Assembly: GCA_964057225.1 (NCBI GenBank) | Contig: OZ059895.1 | Location: forward strand, 9,486,001 to 9,550,000 | DNA length: 64,000 nucleotides | DNA from: Auanema rhodensis | Taxonomy: Eukaryota > Animalia > Nematoda | Reading direction: 5' to 3' | Shown: positions 62,401 through 64,000 of the stretch, piece by piece | How the letters are laid out: the number at the start of each line of letters is the position of its first letter | How positions within the stretch are numbered: the stretch's first letter is position 1 | The notes under the pieces: model-generated | Told to the model about the DNA's origin: nothing | The model's input: only the letters and a program-made list of their open reading frames with translations | Databases searched by the model: none | Translations under genes and position numbers: made by a program

Positions 62401-64000
62401 TCAGTTTTTGAGCATCACAATATTGAAATTTAAATGTTTTTTAATGATTAAAAATTTAAAAAATGAAATTATGAAATAGTGGTAGAAATATAAAATTGTT
62501 TAAAATATGGAATTGAATAAAATAGATGAAGTGAAATTGCTTGGAAAATATAAATCAGTTTCATGTTTCAGTTTTTGAGCATCACAATATTGAAATTTGA
62601 ATGTTTTTTAATGATTAAAAATTTAAAAAATGAATTTATGAAATAATGGTAGAAATATAAAATTGTTTAAAATATGGAATTGAATAAAATAGATGAAGTG
62701 AACTTGCTTGGAAAATATAAATCAGTTTCATGTTTTAGTTTTTGAGCATCACAATATTGAAATTTAAATGTTTTTTAATGATTAAAAATTTAAAAAATGA
62801 AATTATGAAATAGTGGTAGAAATATAAAATTGTTTAAAATATGGAATTGAATAAAATAGATGAAGTGAAATTGCTTGGAAAATATAAATCAGTTTCATGT
62901 TTCAGTTTTTGAGCATCACAATATTGAAATTTGAATGTTTTTTAATGATTAAAAATTTAAAAAATGAATTTATGAAATAATGGTAGAAATATAAAATTGT
63001 TTAAAATATGGAATTGAATAAAATAGATGAAGTGAACTTGCTTGGAAAATATAAATCAGTTTCATGTTTCAGTTTTTGAGCATCACAATATTGAAATTTA
63101 AATGTTTTTTAATGATTAAAAATTTAAAAAATGAAATTATGAAATAATGGTAGAAATATAAAATTGTTTAAAATATGGAATTAAATGAAATAGATGGAGT
63201 GAAATTGCTTGGAAAATATTAATCAGTTTCATGTTTCAGTTTTTGAGCATCACAATATTGAAATTTAAATGTTTTTTAATGATTAAAAATTTAAAAAATG
63301 AAATTATGAAATAGTGGTAGAAATATAAAATTGTTTAAAATATGGAATTAAATAAAATAGATGGAGTGAAATTGCTTGGAAAATATAAATCAGTTTCATG
63401 TTTCAGTTTTTAAGCATCACAATATTGAAATTTGAATGTTTTTTTAATGATTAAAAATTTAAAAAATGAAATTATGAAATAGTGGTAGAAATATAAAATT
63501 GTTTAAAATATGGAATTAAATAAAATAGATGAAGTGAACTTGCTTGGAAAATATGAATCAGTTTCATGTTTCAGTTTTTGAGCATCACAATATTGAAATT
63601 TAAATGTTTTTTAATGATTAAAAATTTAAAAAATGAAATTATGAAATAATGGTAGAAATATAAAATTGTTTAAAATATGGAATTAAATAAAATAGATGGA
63701 GTGAAATTGCTTGCAAAATATAAATCAGTTTCATGTTTCAGTTTTTGAGCATCACAATATTGAAATTTGAATGTTTTTTTAATGATTAAAAATTTAAAAA
63801 ATGAAATTATGAAATAGTGGTAGAAATATAAAATTGTTTAAAATATGGAATTAAATAAAATAGATGGAGTGAAATTGCTTGGAAAATATAAATCAGTTTC
63901 ATGTTTTAGTTTTTGAGCATCACAATATTGAAATTTAAATGTTTTTTAATGATTAAAAATTTAAAAAATGAAATTATGAAATAGTGGTAGAAATATAAAA
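38500..64000. repeat. Higher-order repeat domain B (about 5-kb, 30-monomer period, with a 9915-bp super-period)
   Basis: Rare variant gcttgCaaaa at 43831, 48900, 53799, 58815, 63714; aatatTaatc at 43337, 48406, 53305, 58321, 63220. Confidence 0.88.

Larger units (their letters stand above)
15137..64000. repeat. 167-bp AT-rich tandem satellite array, right flank (about 290 monomers; continues beyond window end)
   Basis: Same monomer and orientation as the left flank. It resumes exactly in phase after the element (GCATC acaatattgaaattt...). Monomers differ by only a few substitutions or indels. Confidence 0.99.

Noticed and set aside
1-64000. CRISPR-like array
   Set aside because: Whole 167-bp units repeat with no unique spacers, and there are no cas genes.

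Overview
About 88% of this eukaryotic window (probably nematode, inferred only from the retroelement type) is one head-to-tail tandem array of an AT-rich 167-bp satellite: about 19% GC, roughly 335 monomers, with multi-kb higher-order repeats. A single 7,723-bp BEL/Pao (Belpaoviridae-type) LTR retroelement (7414-15136, + strand) interrupts the array and is flanked by a 5-bp GCATC target-site duplication. It has a 533-bp 5' LTR (TGT...ACA), a tRNA-Gly-type PBS and one uninterrupted 2294-aa ORF encoding Gag (three Cys-His knuckles), protease, RT, RNase H and integrase. The ORF continues in frame into a phlebovirus/bunyavirus-like Gn/Gc class II fusion envelope. The two LTRs differ at only 2 of 383 shared positions. 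A deletion has removed the end of Gc (domain III, stem, anchor), the polypurine tract and the first 150 bp of the 3' LTR. The insertion sits at the axis of an imperfect dyad present in the satellite monomers. No host genes, RNA genes or CRISPR arrays were seen.
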